The notes under the pieces: model-generated
The model's input: only the letters and a program-made list of their open reading frames with translations
Databases searched by the model: none
Told to the model about the DNA's origin: nothing
Shown: piece by piece, positions 1-11,839 of the stretch
Layout of the letters: each line of letters opens with the position of its first letter
How positions within the stretch are numbered: position 1 is the stretch's first letter
Assembly: GCA_013265495.1 (NCBI GenBank)
Contig: MU057847.1
Span: 369,925 to 410,160 of the forward strand
Direction: 5' to 3'
Length of the DNA: 40,236 nucleotides
Source of the DNA: Vicugna vicugna
Taxonomy: Eukaryota
Position numbers and translations under genes: made by a program

Positions 1-392
1 AAAAAAAAAGGAAAGAAAAAGACAAATGAACATAAATACAAAACAGAAACAGACTCACAGACATAGAATACAAACTTGGTGGTTGCCAGAGGGGAGGGGA
101 GTGGGAAGGGACAGACTGGGAGTTTGAAATTTGTAGATACTGACAGGTATATATAGAATAGATAATGAAGATTATACTGTATAGCACAGGGAAATATATA
201 CAAGATCTTGTGGTAGCTCATGGTGAAAAAGAATGTGACAATGAATATATGTATGTTCATGTATAACTGAAAAATTGTGCTCTACACTGGAAATTGACAC
301 AGCATTGGAAACTGACTATAACTCAATAAAATAAAATTTTAAATAAATAAATATATATATATATATGAATAAATAAATAAAGTAAAGTAAAG
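1..392 (+). mobile_element. L1 3' UTR end, camelid-type, with AATAAA and A/AT-rich tail
   Basis: Closely similar to the copy at 36122-36375 (gattatactgtatagcacagggaaatata...aaattgtgctctacactgg); ends in AATAAA plus (AT)n/(TAAA)n. Confidence 0.9.
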
Positions 393-777
393 TTAGATCG
401 TCCCTGACTTACAGGATTTCCTCTGTAATTCTAGTTCTGGTGTCCACAGGGCCCCTACGTGCAGACAGAGCAGCTCTTGGCTGTGAAGGTCACAGCTAAT
501 CCAAGCCTCCTCTTGGGGCTGAGTTTTGTCAACTGTCTGTTAGCCTCCTTAGTGCCCCAGGTACTGGCCAGCCTTTTTGGGCCACACGGCAGAAGTACAT
601 CAATCCTCTTACGTTCAAGTTTTGCACTTCACTCTCATCCTGAGAAAATTATTAGTTTGGGCTCCAAACTACCTATTTTACTGTCGATGAGCATTATTTT
701 TCCAGTTTTCATCTACCCCAGGGGCGAGGGGAGAAGGTGAATCTGTGAGTGTTGGGTTTTTTTTTTTTCTGACAACT

Positions 778-860
778 AAAAAAATAAAAAAGAAAGAAAG
801 AAAGAAAAGAAAAAGAAAGAAAGAAAAGAAAAAGAAAAAAAGGCAAAAGGAAAGAAAAAA
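778..860 (+). repeat. A/GA-rich simple repeat, (GAAA)n-like
   Basis: Directly visible. Confidence 0.9.
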
Positions 861-1144
861 CTACTTTTGATTTTAAGCATTTTAGAAGCATAAATAAAAG
901 TTAAGATTTGAAGTCTAACATTCTAAGATTCTAATTTTGCTAACTAGATTTATACCATATTTTTTCTAAGATAGTGCAATTAGAAAATGTCATGCCATTA
1001 CAAATTCAGTACAATGAAGGTTAATAGTATAATAAGATATTGTAAAAGCAAGATATATTGCTGTCACTAAGATTGTCATTTTCACATAAGAAGGAAAAAG
1101 GAATTGGTTCCAGAATAACAGTATGTGCAACCACAGTCACCATT

Positions 1145-2037
1145 AAAAAATTTTTTATTTAACTAAAATTGATTTACAATATTGTGTTAGTTTCACGTGT
1201 ACAGCTTCAGATTCTTTTCCATTATAGATTATTGCAAGATATTGCACATAGTTCCCTGTGCTATACAGTAAATCCTTGTTGTTTTTATCTATTTTATATA
1301 TATTGGTGTATATCTGTTAATCCCATACTCCTAATTTATCCCTACTCCCATTTCCCCTTTGATAACCATAGATTTCTTTTCTATGTCTGTGAGTCTGTTT
1401 CAGTTTGTAAACAAGTTGATTTGCATTATTTATTTAGATTCCACATATCTGAATATTTATATTCCACATATAAATATCGTAATATTCATCTTTCCCTGCC
1501 TGACTTCACTCAGTGTTTCACTGATAATCTCTAGGTCCATCCATGTTACTACAAATTGCAATATTTCATTCTTTTTTATGGCTAATATTCTATTGTAAAA
1601 AAATGTGTATATATATATATATATATATGTATATCTCCACATTTTCTTTATCCAGTCATCTATTGATGGGTATTTGGGTTGTTTCTATGTCTTGGCTATT
1701 GTAAATAGTGCTGCTATGAACATTGGAGTGCATGTATCTTTTAAAATTAGAGTTTTCATCTTTTCTGGATATATGCCCACGAATGGAATTGCTAGATCAT
1801 ATAGTAAGTCTAGTTTTAGTTTTTTAAGCAACCTCCATACTGTTTTCCATAGTGGCTGCACCAAATTACATTCTCATCAACAGTGTACGAGGGTTCCCTT
1901 TTCTCCACAGCCTCTCTAGCATTTATCATTTATAGACTTTTTGATGATGGCCATTCTGACTGGTGTGAGGTAATACCTCATTGTAGTTTTGATTTGTATT
2001 TCTCTAATAATTAGCAATGTGGAGCATCTTTTCATGG
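1145..2037 (-). mobile_element. 5'-truncated L1 (ORF2 end plus 3' UTR) with 12-bp TSD
   Basis: Peptide AIKKNEILQFVVTWMDLEII is the L1 ORF2 C-terminus; TSD ACAGTCACCATT at 1133-1144 and 2038-2049; internal (TA)n at ~1607-1633. Confidence 0.93.
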
Positions 2038-2044
2038 ACAGTCA

Positions 2045-2170
2045 CCATTTACTGAAGTTCACTTTACATGGTTTATTTCATTGACATCTTGAAATAACCC
2101 TATGAGGTATTCCTTTTATCACCATTTTACAGATGAGAACTGAGGCTCAGACAGATCAAGGAAACCTCCC
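2045..2170 (-). mobile_element. MIR SINE fragment
   Basis: Core ccattttacagatgagaactgaggctcaga. Confidence 0.8.
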
Positions 2171-2199
2171 CAAAAAGTAGAACCAAAAAAAAAAAATTA

Positions 2200-2990
2200 A
2201 ATGGAACATGAGAGAAAGATATGAAAATTAGAGAATCAGCCCAGGACATACAATATCCAACTAATAGGAGTTCAAGAAATCTAGAAAACAGAAAGGAAGA
2301 TATTATATGAGAAATAATATGATGTCTTAAAAATGAAGGATGAGTTTTTAGATTGAACGGGCTCACAAAAGCCCAGCCCAGTTAATGGAAGAAGATGCAT
2401 AAGAAGGCATATCACTGTTAGAATTTAAAACACCAGAGACCAAAAGAGAGCATTTAAAGCTTGCATAAAAAAAAGTTACATACAAAAAATAAGAAATCAA
2501 TAGGGGATCCAACTTTTCAAAAGCAACAGTAGAAGGAAGCACATATTGGAATAATGTTTTCAAAATTCCAAAAGGAAATTATTTCTAATTGGGAATTCTT
2601 CACCTGGTAAAAATTTTAATGATGTATGAAGAGCTATTCAGATACAGAGGGTTTTTTATAAAATTACCTCCCGTGCAATATGTCTCAGGAAGTTAGTGCA
2701 GGATGTGGACCTGCAAAACTAGGGCATAAAGCAAGAAAGAGGACAACCTGAGATCTAGGAAACAGAATCTAACACAGAAGAGAAGAGAATTCCCAGGATG
2801 ACAGCTGGGTGGCAGGCTTAGAAGGCAACTGTTCCAGAATGGCTGAGGAGGGCAGCAAACTCCACTAGGGATGTCTCCAAGAAAAAGAAATGGAACTCAT
2901 AGATTACCTAATATATTTGACCATCCTGAGGGGAGTTTAATGGTTCTGACAGAAAGTTGGGGGCTGAATTCAAGACAGGTACATAGAAAA
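2200..2990 (+). mobile_element. HAL1/ancient L1 ORF1-derived element; probably continues at ~3580-3915 and ~4380-4450
   Basis: Decayed ORF1-like A-rich sequence (caatatccaactaataggagttcaagaa), then HAL1-like ggaagttagtgcaggatgtg...gaattcccaggatgacag. Confidence 0.65.
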
Positions 2991-3003
2991 ACAAATTAAA
3001 CCA

Positions 3004-3566
3004 AATGTACAGTGTGGAGAATATAGTCAATACCTACATGATATCTTTGTATGGTGACATATTGTAACTAGACTTATCGTGATGGTCATTTTTAAATATA
3101 TAGAAATATTGAATCACTGTGTTATGTAACAGGAACTAACAGTATTGTAGATCAATTGTACTTCAAAAACAAACAAACTCATAGAAAAATAGATCAGATC
3201 TGTGGTTACCAGAGGCGAGGGTGGGGGAGTGGGAATTGGATGAAGGCAGTCAGAAAGTACAAACTCCCAGTTATAAGATAAACAAGTACTAGGAATGTAA
3301 TGTACAATATGATAAATATAATTAACATGGCTGTATGTTACATATGAAAGATGTTAAAAGAGTAAATCCTAAGGGTTCTCAACACAAGAAAATTTTTTTT
3401 TCTATTTCTTCAATTTTGTATCTATATGAGATAATGGAGGTTCACTAAACTTACTGTGGTCATCATTTCATGATATATGCAAATCAAATGATTATGCTAT
3501 ACATCTTAAACTTAAATGGTTCTGTATGTCAATTATATCTCAGTAAAACTGGAAGGAAAAAAATAA
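3004..3566 (+). mobile_element. L1 3' end (laurasiatherian L1MA-like) inserted in HAL1
   Basis: gtggttaccagagg...gtacaaactcccagttataagataa...gtcaattatatctcagtaaaactgg plus A tail. Confidence 0.85.
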
Positions 3567-3914
3567 ATCCAACCAAAAGAGACCATTTGGGAAAAACAAA
3601 ATAAAGGAAGTATAGTTACTGGCACTTTACATGGATCAACTGTGAGCAATAATTACATGGTATAATGCAAATATTGAATATTTTAACCAAAATTTGTTGT
3701 ATTTCTTGAAGAGAACTACAAGTGCACTTGGTGTGTATGTATGTTGGGGGGCATATATGAAAGCTAGTTCCTCATCTTCCATAGCAGAAATTTAGAAATA
3801 GATAATTTATAAATCTAATAAATAACAATAAGAAATAATATTAAGCATTAGGGTATTACACAGAAGTAAAGACTTTTATGCCAAAAGAGACAGCTAAAAG
3901 TGTTAAAAGCAGTT

Positions 3915-4375
3915 TTAACCAAGAGCAGATTTATTACAACACACTTCTGCAGGTCAGAAGTCCAGCCCAGCATAACTGGATTCTCAGTTTATGGTCTCAG
4001 AAGGCTGAAATTACGGGGTCAGCCAGCCTGGGCTCCTGTCTGGAGGTGCTGGGAGAGAGTTTGTTTTCAGGCTTATTCAGGCTGTTGGCAGGATCCAGTT
4101 CCCTCTAACAAACACTTTCTACATGGCCGCTTCCACCCTTAAGTCAGTAACAGCATTTCGGGTCCTTTCTGTGTTTTGACTCTCCTTCTCTTCCGTTTCC
4201 AGCCAGAGAAATGTATCTGCTTTTAAGGGCTCAAATGATTAGATAGGACCCACCCAGATAATCTAGTATAATCTCATTTTAAGGTTTGTAATCTTAATCA
4301 CATTCACAAAGTCCCTTTTGCAATGTAAAGTAACATTTTCACAGGTTCCAGGGATTAGGGTGTGAACATCTCTTC
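3915..4375 (-). mobile_element. MLT1-type MaLR solo LTR
   Basis: ggtcagaagtcc...ggacccacccagataatc...aatcacattcacaaagtccctttt...acaggttccagggattagggtgtgaacatct. Confidence 0.8.
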
Positions 4376-4879
4376 TGGGATAAGGAGGGGTGGGGCAGGG
4401 AACTGTTTGTTATAAGCGCTAGGGTACTCTTTGACTTAAAATTATTTACATGTTTTATTTTGAGCAAATGAAACCCAAAAAGTTAAATTCAATGACCAAA
4501 TTTGCAAGTATTAAATTCAAATAGATTCAGTTTTAAAGAATGTATCAGATGTAGTCATTATACAAGCAATCTATATTAAAGTCTTTTTTTGTGTGTTTCT
4601 TCACAAAATGACCTAAGATCTACAAAGCAGGATAAGAAATATTTGTTAGGCACAACCATAGCTGGGCCCTTGTGAAAGTTCTGATTTGGATGGACCACAA
4701 GGCTCTTTCAGTATATCAATTCCTTTGTTTTTACTATTGTATTAAAGGGCTGACTTTGGTTACTTTGGGAAGTTACTGCCAAAAGCTAACTGTTTCCTGT
4801 AGCAAGCGTAGGAGTTGACCATAAACATATTTTCCTGATACGCAAAACAAAAGTCATGAGTCACCATCTTAATTTTTGC

Positions 4880-5640
4880 AGAATATCAAAATAGAGCTAA
4901 TCTAGTCCAACCTTCTTTTATAGATGAGAACACTGATGCCCGGAGAGAGGAAGGAAACTGCCCACTGCATTGCTGTAGATGTAGGTAAGAACTTCACTTG
5001 TAAATGAGCTCCAGAACTTGTGGCTACTATTTTGAGCCTTGGATGGGATGATAACTCACTAAGTCTAACATCTTCATTTTATAGATGGGGAAGCAGACAC
5101 AGATAGGAAGAGATACCTGCTTGAGGTCATTTGGAACTCCTAAATTCTAATCTAGGTTTCTTTTCCTGTACAAACTAGCCTCCCCATGACTAAGCACTTG
5201 ATACCATGCCGAATCTTATTCACTTCTAAATTCCTAGTACCTAGCACATTGTCGGGCTCATAGAGGAATTAATGCGGAAGTGAATTTTGTAAGACATTGT
5301 ATAAAACTCACTTTATAATTAAATGATTTAAATTCTCAGTATTCCAGTTGATAAGCAATTTAGCAATAATTTGAAATGTTCCTTCTTTAGGTAGCCAGCT
5401 CCTTAGGACAAATAAGTACATCATTGGCTATATTATACAAGCTCTGAAGTCAGGCTGACTTGTTTTCCAAGTCTGTCTCAGTCACAAGCTAAGCTGTACG
5501 ATCTTACACATATACCTCAATCATTGTATGTCTTAAGTTTCTTCATCTATAACATGAAGATAATAATGTAACCTATCTCATGGGACTCACATGGGGATTT
5601 ATTGAAATAACACATATAACTTGGCACACAATAGCTACTC
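4880..5640. mobile_element. Cluster of MIR/MIR3 and L2-tail fragments
   Basis: Cores ttttatagatgagaacactga, ttttatagatggggaagcaga, agtttcttcatctataacatg; L2 tail cctagtacctagcaca. Confidence 0.65.
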
Positions 5641-6306
5641 AATAACTATTAATTTTCTCTTTTTATATAATGGTCTACCTAGTAAATGTTGAAATCTAGC
5701 AGTGAAATACTTTCCCATTGCTAATGGTAAACTAAAAGCACTACCATTAGAAAAGATAGTTAAAGGCCAAAGAACATTCAGGAAGAAATCATCTTGGGAA
5801 TTGATGTCAAAAATATCTAGCACACCCAAATGTCAGTAAAACCCCTCCCTTGCTTAAAGTAAAAGCTTGCCAAGATTTAGCTACAGTATTCAGAAGAAAA
5901 CTTTAGTGCTTGATTTAATCATCAGAGTTTAAAAGAAAACAGGATTTGAAATAAACTGTTCTTGTCTTCTTACTTTCTTCTAAAATTACTAATATTGCAG
6001 TAGCATAATATGCTACTCATGTGAGCACAAAGTTGTGCTTGTAAAAGAGCAGAAGTTCATGGAAATGACAAAATGGTAGATTACCCTGGAAAGCAAATGG
6101 GCTTAGATCATTCTGGTGCCTCTGCCCTGAGATGAGGTGAACATGCTTGTGGCTACAGGAATTTGTTTACCATAGATCTCATACAGATATACAATCTCAA
6201 GGGTCCTGGTTAAATGTTTTCTGTCATAATACTCAAGTGTGTCAATGTGTTGAGAATTAAAAGGCAGGTTTCCTTTTTATTCAAAACAAAACAAAACTAT
6301 ACTTAC

Positions 6307-6403
6307 CTGGAGGTGGACTTCCAGAACCTTCTTGGATCACTTTAGATATACAAGTAACCTGAGCAAGATGAGTACCCCCTACCCATATCCTAGGACTTGA
6401 ATC
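6307..6403 (-). other. Candidate unannotated 97-nt exon downstream of the main poly(A) site
   Basis: ttaactttcctgcatttttccag|G acceptor and CAG|GTAAGT donor; open only in phase 0. Confidence 0.4.
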
Positions 6404-6998
6404 CTGGAAAAATGCAGGAAAGTTAACAAATATGGTCAGGATAAAGGTCCATTCCTAGAATGTAATACAATACAAATGAGAAAGACCCTCTGTGACATTC
6501 AAACCATTTTGCTGTAGCTACAGAAAATATGAAACCACATCACCGTCTCTTAAGAGGGCAGCTATTGGAAACTGATTTTCTTCATTTCAAACATAACCTG
6601 CTTATATGATTAATTCATAAGTAGAGGTCTCTCATCATGTATACCATGACAGTCTCCTTAAGTACATTGCACTCTATTTTAAGCTTAAAAGTAGAAAGGA
6701 CTAGTTCTCGATTTCCCTTAATTGTCATAGCCACAATTTATCAGATACTTATGTTCCTTTAGGTACTGTTTGTAAAGGCTGTACTAAAATTAAACCAAGT
6801 GCATGCCTTTATCAGAAAACAGGCATACTGAGAGCAGGAAAGTTTCTGGTAAATGACTGTAAGATAAAATAGCTGTTTTGGAATTTTTTCCCAACTTATA
6901 TTCTTTTAACTCCAATTTCTTCTGCCACACACTCCCCACAATATATTCCCCAAAATAAGACAAAGGAAAACATCTGGGTGACATACAAAAAGACAATA

Positions 6999-7004
6999 TT
7001 TATT
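6999..7004 (-). terminator. Polyadenylation signal AATAAA; predicted cleavage near 6975
   Basis: Minus strand reads gtaaAATAAAtattgtctttttgtatgtcaccCA then gatgttttcctttgtcttatttt (U/GU-rich downstream element). Confidence 0.78.
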
Positions 7005-7995
7005 TTACTCAAGCTTTCCTATAAGAAGTTAAACAAAATGATCCCTAGGTGAAGGCATTACCAAAAATGTTAACATTGTTTCATGTATCCCTTCAGTGCC
7101 CAGATGAAGAAAAAAGTTATCTGAATGAAAGAAGAAGAATGAGCATCCTTACAGTGGGTTTACTTAGCTATGTGGAGGAAAAAATCCATACAGGTTAGAC
7201 ATAAAATAGTACACGAACTTACTACTTTCCTACAGATAATGGGAATTTCACTGAAGTCTCCAAGAGCTCCCAGGACCTGGGGATCACTTTTCAGCAATTA
7301 TAAAACAGCCATAGGTGCTCTCATAATTCAATGCCCCCTTTTCCATCAAATATTTTACTGCTAAAAGAGCAAGATGGAAACAAAATACAATTTCCTGCAG
7401 GACTGTCAGCATCAGTAGTTCCTTGGGTAATCAGAATATCAAAGCATCCCCCAACTGCCATCTAAATAGGATAACAGGAAAAATGGCTTTGGGAGAGGCA
7501 TTTAGGTGTTTTGTTTCCCAGAATTATAAGACCTGGCTAGGTAGTAATCTCACCCCTACACAGGAAAACCAAATATTCTTTCTAGAGAACAGTAGGACAA
7601 AGAGGAACATCCATGCCTGTCTCCCAACCTCAATCTGACCTCAAAAATAAAAGTACAGGGAGGAAGCACCTTGACATCTACCATTGCCATAAACCCCAAT
7701 TTCCTCAGAGAAGCCAGGGCACAGAGCTCCTCTGCAGCAGTGCAAGCACGTTGCCACTTTTACCCAAACCTGTAAACAGTAGGAATCTCTGATCTCTCTT
7801 CTCCTAAGAGCAGGAATTGGAAGTAGCATTATCTTATTAATATGAATGGATGGATGTTTGGAGAACCTGTGATATAAAGTTCTCAAATTCCTGCTGGTAA
7901 TTTGAGTCTATGTGTGTGAGGAGAGAAACACTGGTGGGGGGGGGGACTTCTCATTTCCATACTTTAAATTTGGAGGAATTGGGGGGGTAGAGGGA

Positions 7996-8015
7996 AGATA
8001 GATAGATAGATAGAT
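7996..8015 (+). repeat. (GATA)5 microsatellite in the 3' UTR, next to G runs
   Basis: Directly visible. Confidence 0.85.
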
Positions 8016-9369
8016 ACGTTGTGGGGATGGGTGGTAATGGACTCATAACATATACAAAAAAAAAACCAGAATACAGACGTTAGAGCCTTTGATGGCTGGC
8101 TATCCATATAAGAAGCAAAACCTACTAATAACTATTTGTGGGAATAAGGGAAAAGAGGAAGACACGACTATTCTTTTTTTTCTCAAGCAAATGGCAAAAT
8201 TCTAGGTGAAGATAATCCCTCCTTTCTGTTTAGAAAATGCATAGAGAAATAGTGCTGAAAACCTTTCAAATAAATGCAGACTCACACAGAAGTTACAAAA
8301 TATGCGAGAATTAGTCACTGATTCTCAGTCTACTCACACTTTACCTGAGATGCAAATTACTCCCTGCTCCTCTAGGTGTTCTGAGCAGATTTATATTCTA
8401 ATTGCTAATTAAAGGTGAAAGACTACAATGAAGGGGATGAGGGAGAATGCAAAAGGAGAAATGGGTGTGTGAGATGGGGAGCTGAAAGCTCTGGAAAATG
8501 ACCGGTGAGGAAAAAGAACTGAGGAGCCTCAGCTAGACTGTCAGTTCTTTGAGGGAGTCTGTGCCTCCCACCTCGGGGCCTCGCACAATCTGGACACATA
8601 GTAAATATCTGATTGGAGTAGCAGAGGTGAAGGAAAAACAATACCTCATTAGATTCTATGTGGTTCAAACTCTAATACCCAATAAGTCATTCTGCCTCTA
8701 CTGCCCTTAAAAGCCTGAAATGACTTTGAAAGTTCTCAGTAAAGAAGCTGCCTCTGCTTTTTCTGTAGTTGTCATCAGCATGGCCATCACTGATGCCTGA
8801 GCCCTTCAAAGCAGAGGAAAAAATGCTGCTGAAGGGGACGATGATTCTGGGCTGTTAAGAGTTTTAATAGCCAGAGCCATTACTCAATGGGATCCCAAAC
8901 AATAGATAACAGATTTTATCAATTTTGTTTGCTAGATGTTCTCTATGACTCAAATTTGGCTTTAGCCTTTGCACCCAAAATGAGTTCCCTCATAAATACA
9001 ATTTGTTGATATTACTTGACACAAAGAATACAAAGCAGATACAGATCCCTCAGGAAGTCGTCACAACTCTTGATAAGATTAACTCGACTGCCATCATCAC
9101 TTTTTGCTTTTGTCCCCTAGTTTGAAGCCTTCGCAAAAGATGTCTGCTTTTATAATTCAATGAGAATGACTCCACTCTCTTCTCCAAAGAGCCCATTATT
9201 TTTAGTTTTTCAGTGCACAACTCAGCATAAAGACCTGTGGCTCTTATGAGCTGCCTGTTTTTAAATGGACCAGTAGATTCAGTTTCCATTTAACAAGTTC
9301 CCAGATAACAAATGGAGAATGGAATGAATCTTCACAAGGTCACACTGAAGGTTAAAATAAATTATCCCA

Positions 9370-9462
9370 TCACTGAGAGGCTCTCTTCAGGTTTTCTATC
9401 AGCACGACAGAGTCAGTTTCTTCTTTGGTTTGCTTCTCACAGATGTCGTACTTCTTCCAGTG
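9370..9462 (-). CDS. IL13RA1: IL13RA1 last exon (11), coding part with TGA stop
   Basis: cttccag|CAC TGG AAG...TCT CAG TGA; HWKKYDICEKQTKEETDSVVLIENLKRASQ*. Confidence 0.98.
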   Translation of the reverse strand, partial: HWKKYDICEKQTKEETDSVVLIENLKRASQ

Positions 9463-10129
9463 CTGGAAGGGAAGAAAAAACACATACACAATGACTTTCC
9501 TAAACAACGTTCTTTCCCTGAGTACTCACAGGCAATGCTTATTTTTAGGTTTGCGTGCATAGAAGCCTGAGTGTATGTTTTCCTGTGTTTTTTTTTTTTG
9601 ACCTAAGAATCTTCGTCTATTTGAACAACTAATGAAACACAACAATCAGCAATTAACATCAAAGGGGAAAAAAGCATGGGCTTGTTATATGATGTTTAGT
9701 GACTAGCTCAAGAGATAAACAAATGGAGACATCTCCAAAACTGGAAACAGTCTTCTGAAGAACAAAAAGGTGGCTTTTCTCACTTCAACTGTTTCTATCG
9801 TTATTTTCTTACCACGCAAATTTGACCGTTGCTCCAGAGATATCATAGGCTCAAAAAGGCAACTAGCATCCAGGTGAATGACAACATATAAAATGTCTTA
9901 GTGCGGTTAAAACTTTTTAAAGAGCTTGTATCAACAGCTTCATGTAACATCATTTGCTAGAAAAGGGAATTATGCATATAAGGTAAGCGCATCTTGAACT
10001 CAATTTAAGTGTGTCTCTTATGGTGAAAGCCAGTTTCTTAGTCTTTGCCTTCTTTACGTATAAATCAAAGGAAAAAGTGAAACCTGAGTTTACTCCCCTT
10101 ATCTGTAAAATAAAGTTGTTAGACTAAAC

Positions 10130-10349
10130 CAGGGGGCGGCAAACTATGGTCTAAATGCCAAATCCAGCAGGCCCCCTGGTCTTGTAAAGAGTTTTGTTGG
10201 AACACAGCCACACTCATTTGCTATATTGTCTGTGGCTGTTTTCATGCTACAACAGCAGACTTGAGTTGCTGTGTCAGAGAGCAAATGGATTGCAAAGCCA
10301 AAAATATTTACTATCTGGTTCTTTACAGAAAAAGTTTGCCAAGCCCATG
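10130..10349. mobile_element. MER58A (hAT-Charlie MITE) inserted in a MIR core
   Basis: TIRs cagggggcggcaaact / agtttgccaagcccatg; internal ggaacacagccacactcattt. Confidence 0.88.
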
Positions 10350-10589
10350 TGCTAGATTACTTCAAAGCTCCTTTTCTGCTCTGCTATTTTCTGGTTTTAT
10401 AAGCCTAGAAAAGGAAGTGGAAAGAAGGAAAAACAGAACAAGTAACAATGACTATTCAGCTGCCTCAGGCTGTGCAATTAGAGATGGACTCAGCAAGTCA
10501 GGAGCATTCAGTCTTAGAGAGCATTGGAGGGATGAGTTGGGAAGCGCTGCTTAAGATAGCCAAATTATTCTAAATAATGATTTAACTCT

Positions 10590-11285
10590 GGTACTCCTAG
10601 TGGAATAGCTAAAATGAAAAAATACTGACAATTCCAAATGCTGATAAGGATGCAGAGTCACTAGATCTTTCATATATAGGTAGAAATGTAAAACAGTACA
10701 GCCACTATGGAAGACAGTCTGACAATTCCTCATAAAATAAAATATACACTTACCGCATGACCTAGACATCCTACTCCCAGGTACTGACCCAAAAGAAAGG
10801 ACAACATGTCCACACAAAGACCTCTACATGAATGTTTATAGCAGCTTTATTCATAAAAGCCAAAAAACTGCCTTCGAACAAATAAATGGTTAAATAAACT
10901 GTGGAATTCTGCTCAGCAAGAGAAAGCAATGAACTACTGATACACGCAACAACACGAGTATCTCTTAAATGCACTAAGTGAAAGAAGCCAGACTCAAAAA
11001 TCTATGTACTGTGTGACTCCATTTATATGACATTCTGGAAAAGGCAAAACTTCAGGGACAGAAAACAGATCAGTGGTTGCAAGGGTATAGGGTCAGGGAA
11101 AGGTGTTAACTGCAAAGGGGCATGAAGGAACTTTCAGAGAGATGATGGAAATGTTCTCTATATCTTGACTGGAGTGATGGCTACAAAATTCCAAATATTT
11201 GCTAAAACTCTTCTAACTGTACACTTAAAAAGAGTAAAATTAATGGTATGTAAATCAAATCAGCAAACTTGATTTTTTAAAAATG
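10590..11285 (+). mobile_element. Ancient L1 (L1ME/MD-like) ORF2 end and 3' UTR
   Basis: atactgacaattccaaatgctg...agccagactcaaaaa...ccatttatatgacattctggaaaaggcaaaac. Confidence 0.85.
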
Positions 11286-11539
11286 TGAAACGCACAGACT
11301 TTTAATAAAAAACAATCTGAAAAAATTATACAACCTTGAAACAATGGCTTATTCAATAAATGGCACTAAGACAACTGGCTAAATATTTAAAAAATAAAGT
11401 TAAACCCTACCTCACCACCTACATGGATAAACTCTATATGGTTTAAAGACCTGTATTTAAGAAAACAAAATCATACACTAGAAACTGACACACTGTAAGC
11501 TGACTATACTTCAATTTTTTTAAAAGTGTATTATAGGAC

Positions 11540-11815
11540 CAGGGCTGGCAAATTTTTCTGTAAATGGCCAGATAATATTTTCAGCTTTGAGGACCATATA
11601 GTCTCTGTCTCAAATAACTCAGCTCTGCTGTTGTAGCATGAACAGGCATGGCTCTGTTCCAACAGAACTTTTTTGTGGACCCTGAAATTTTAATTTCATA
11701 TAATTTTCTTCTTTAGATTTTTTTTCAACTATTTAAAAGTATAAACACCATTTGCAGCTTGCACACTGTATACAAACAACTGGCAGGCAGAATTTGGCCC
11801 AGGGTCTGTAATTTA
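11540..11815. mobile_element. MER58B-like hAT-Charlie MITE
   Basis: cagggctggcaaatttttctgtaaatggccagata...ggcagaatttggcccagggtctgtaattt. Confidence 0.8.
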
Positions 11816-11839
11816 CAGAGAAATCCAATGAGGAAATTA

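Larger units (their letters stand above)
6975..9369 (-). other. IL13RA1: IL13RA1 3' UTR (~2.4 kb)
   Basis: Largely transposon-free stretch from the stop codon to an AATAAA with a downstream CA and U/GU-rich tract. Confidence 0.8.

Noticed and set aside
1169..1919. ORFs of 121 and 104 aa
   Set aside because: Antisense translations of an L1 3' end
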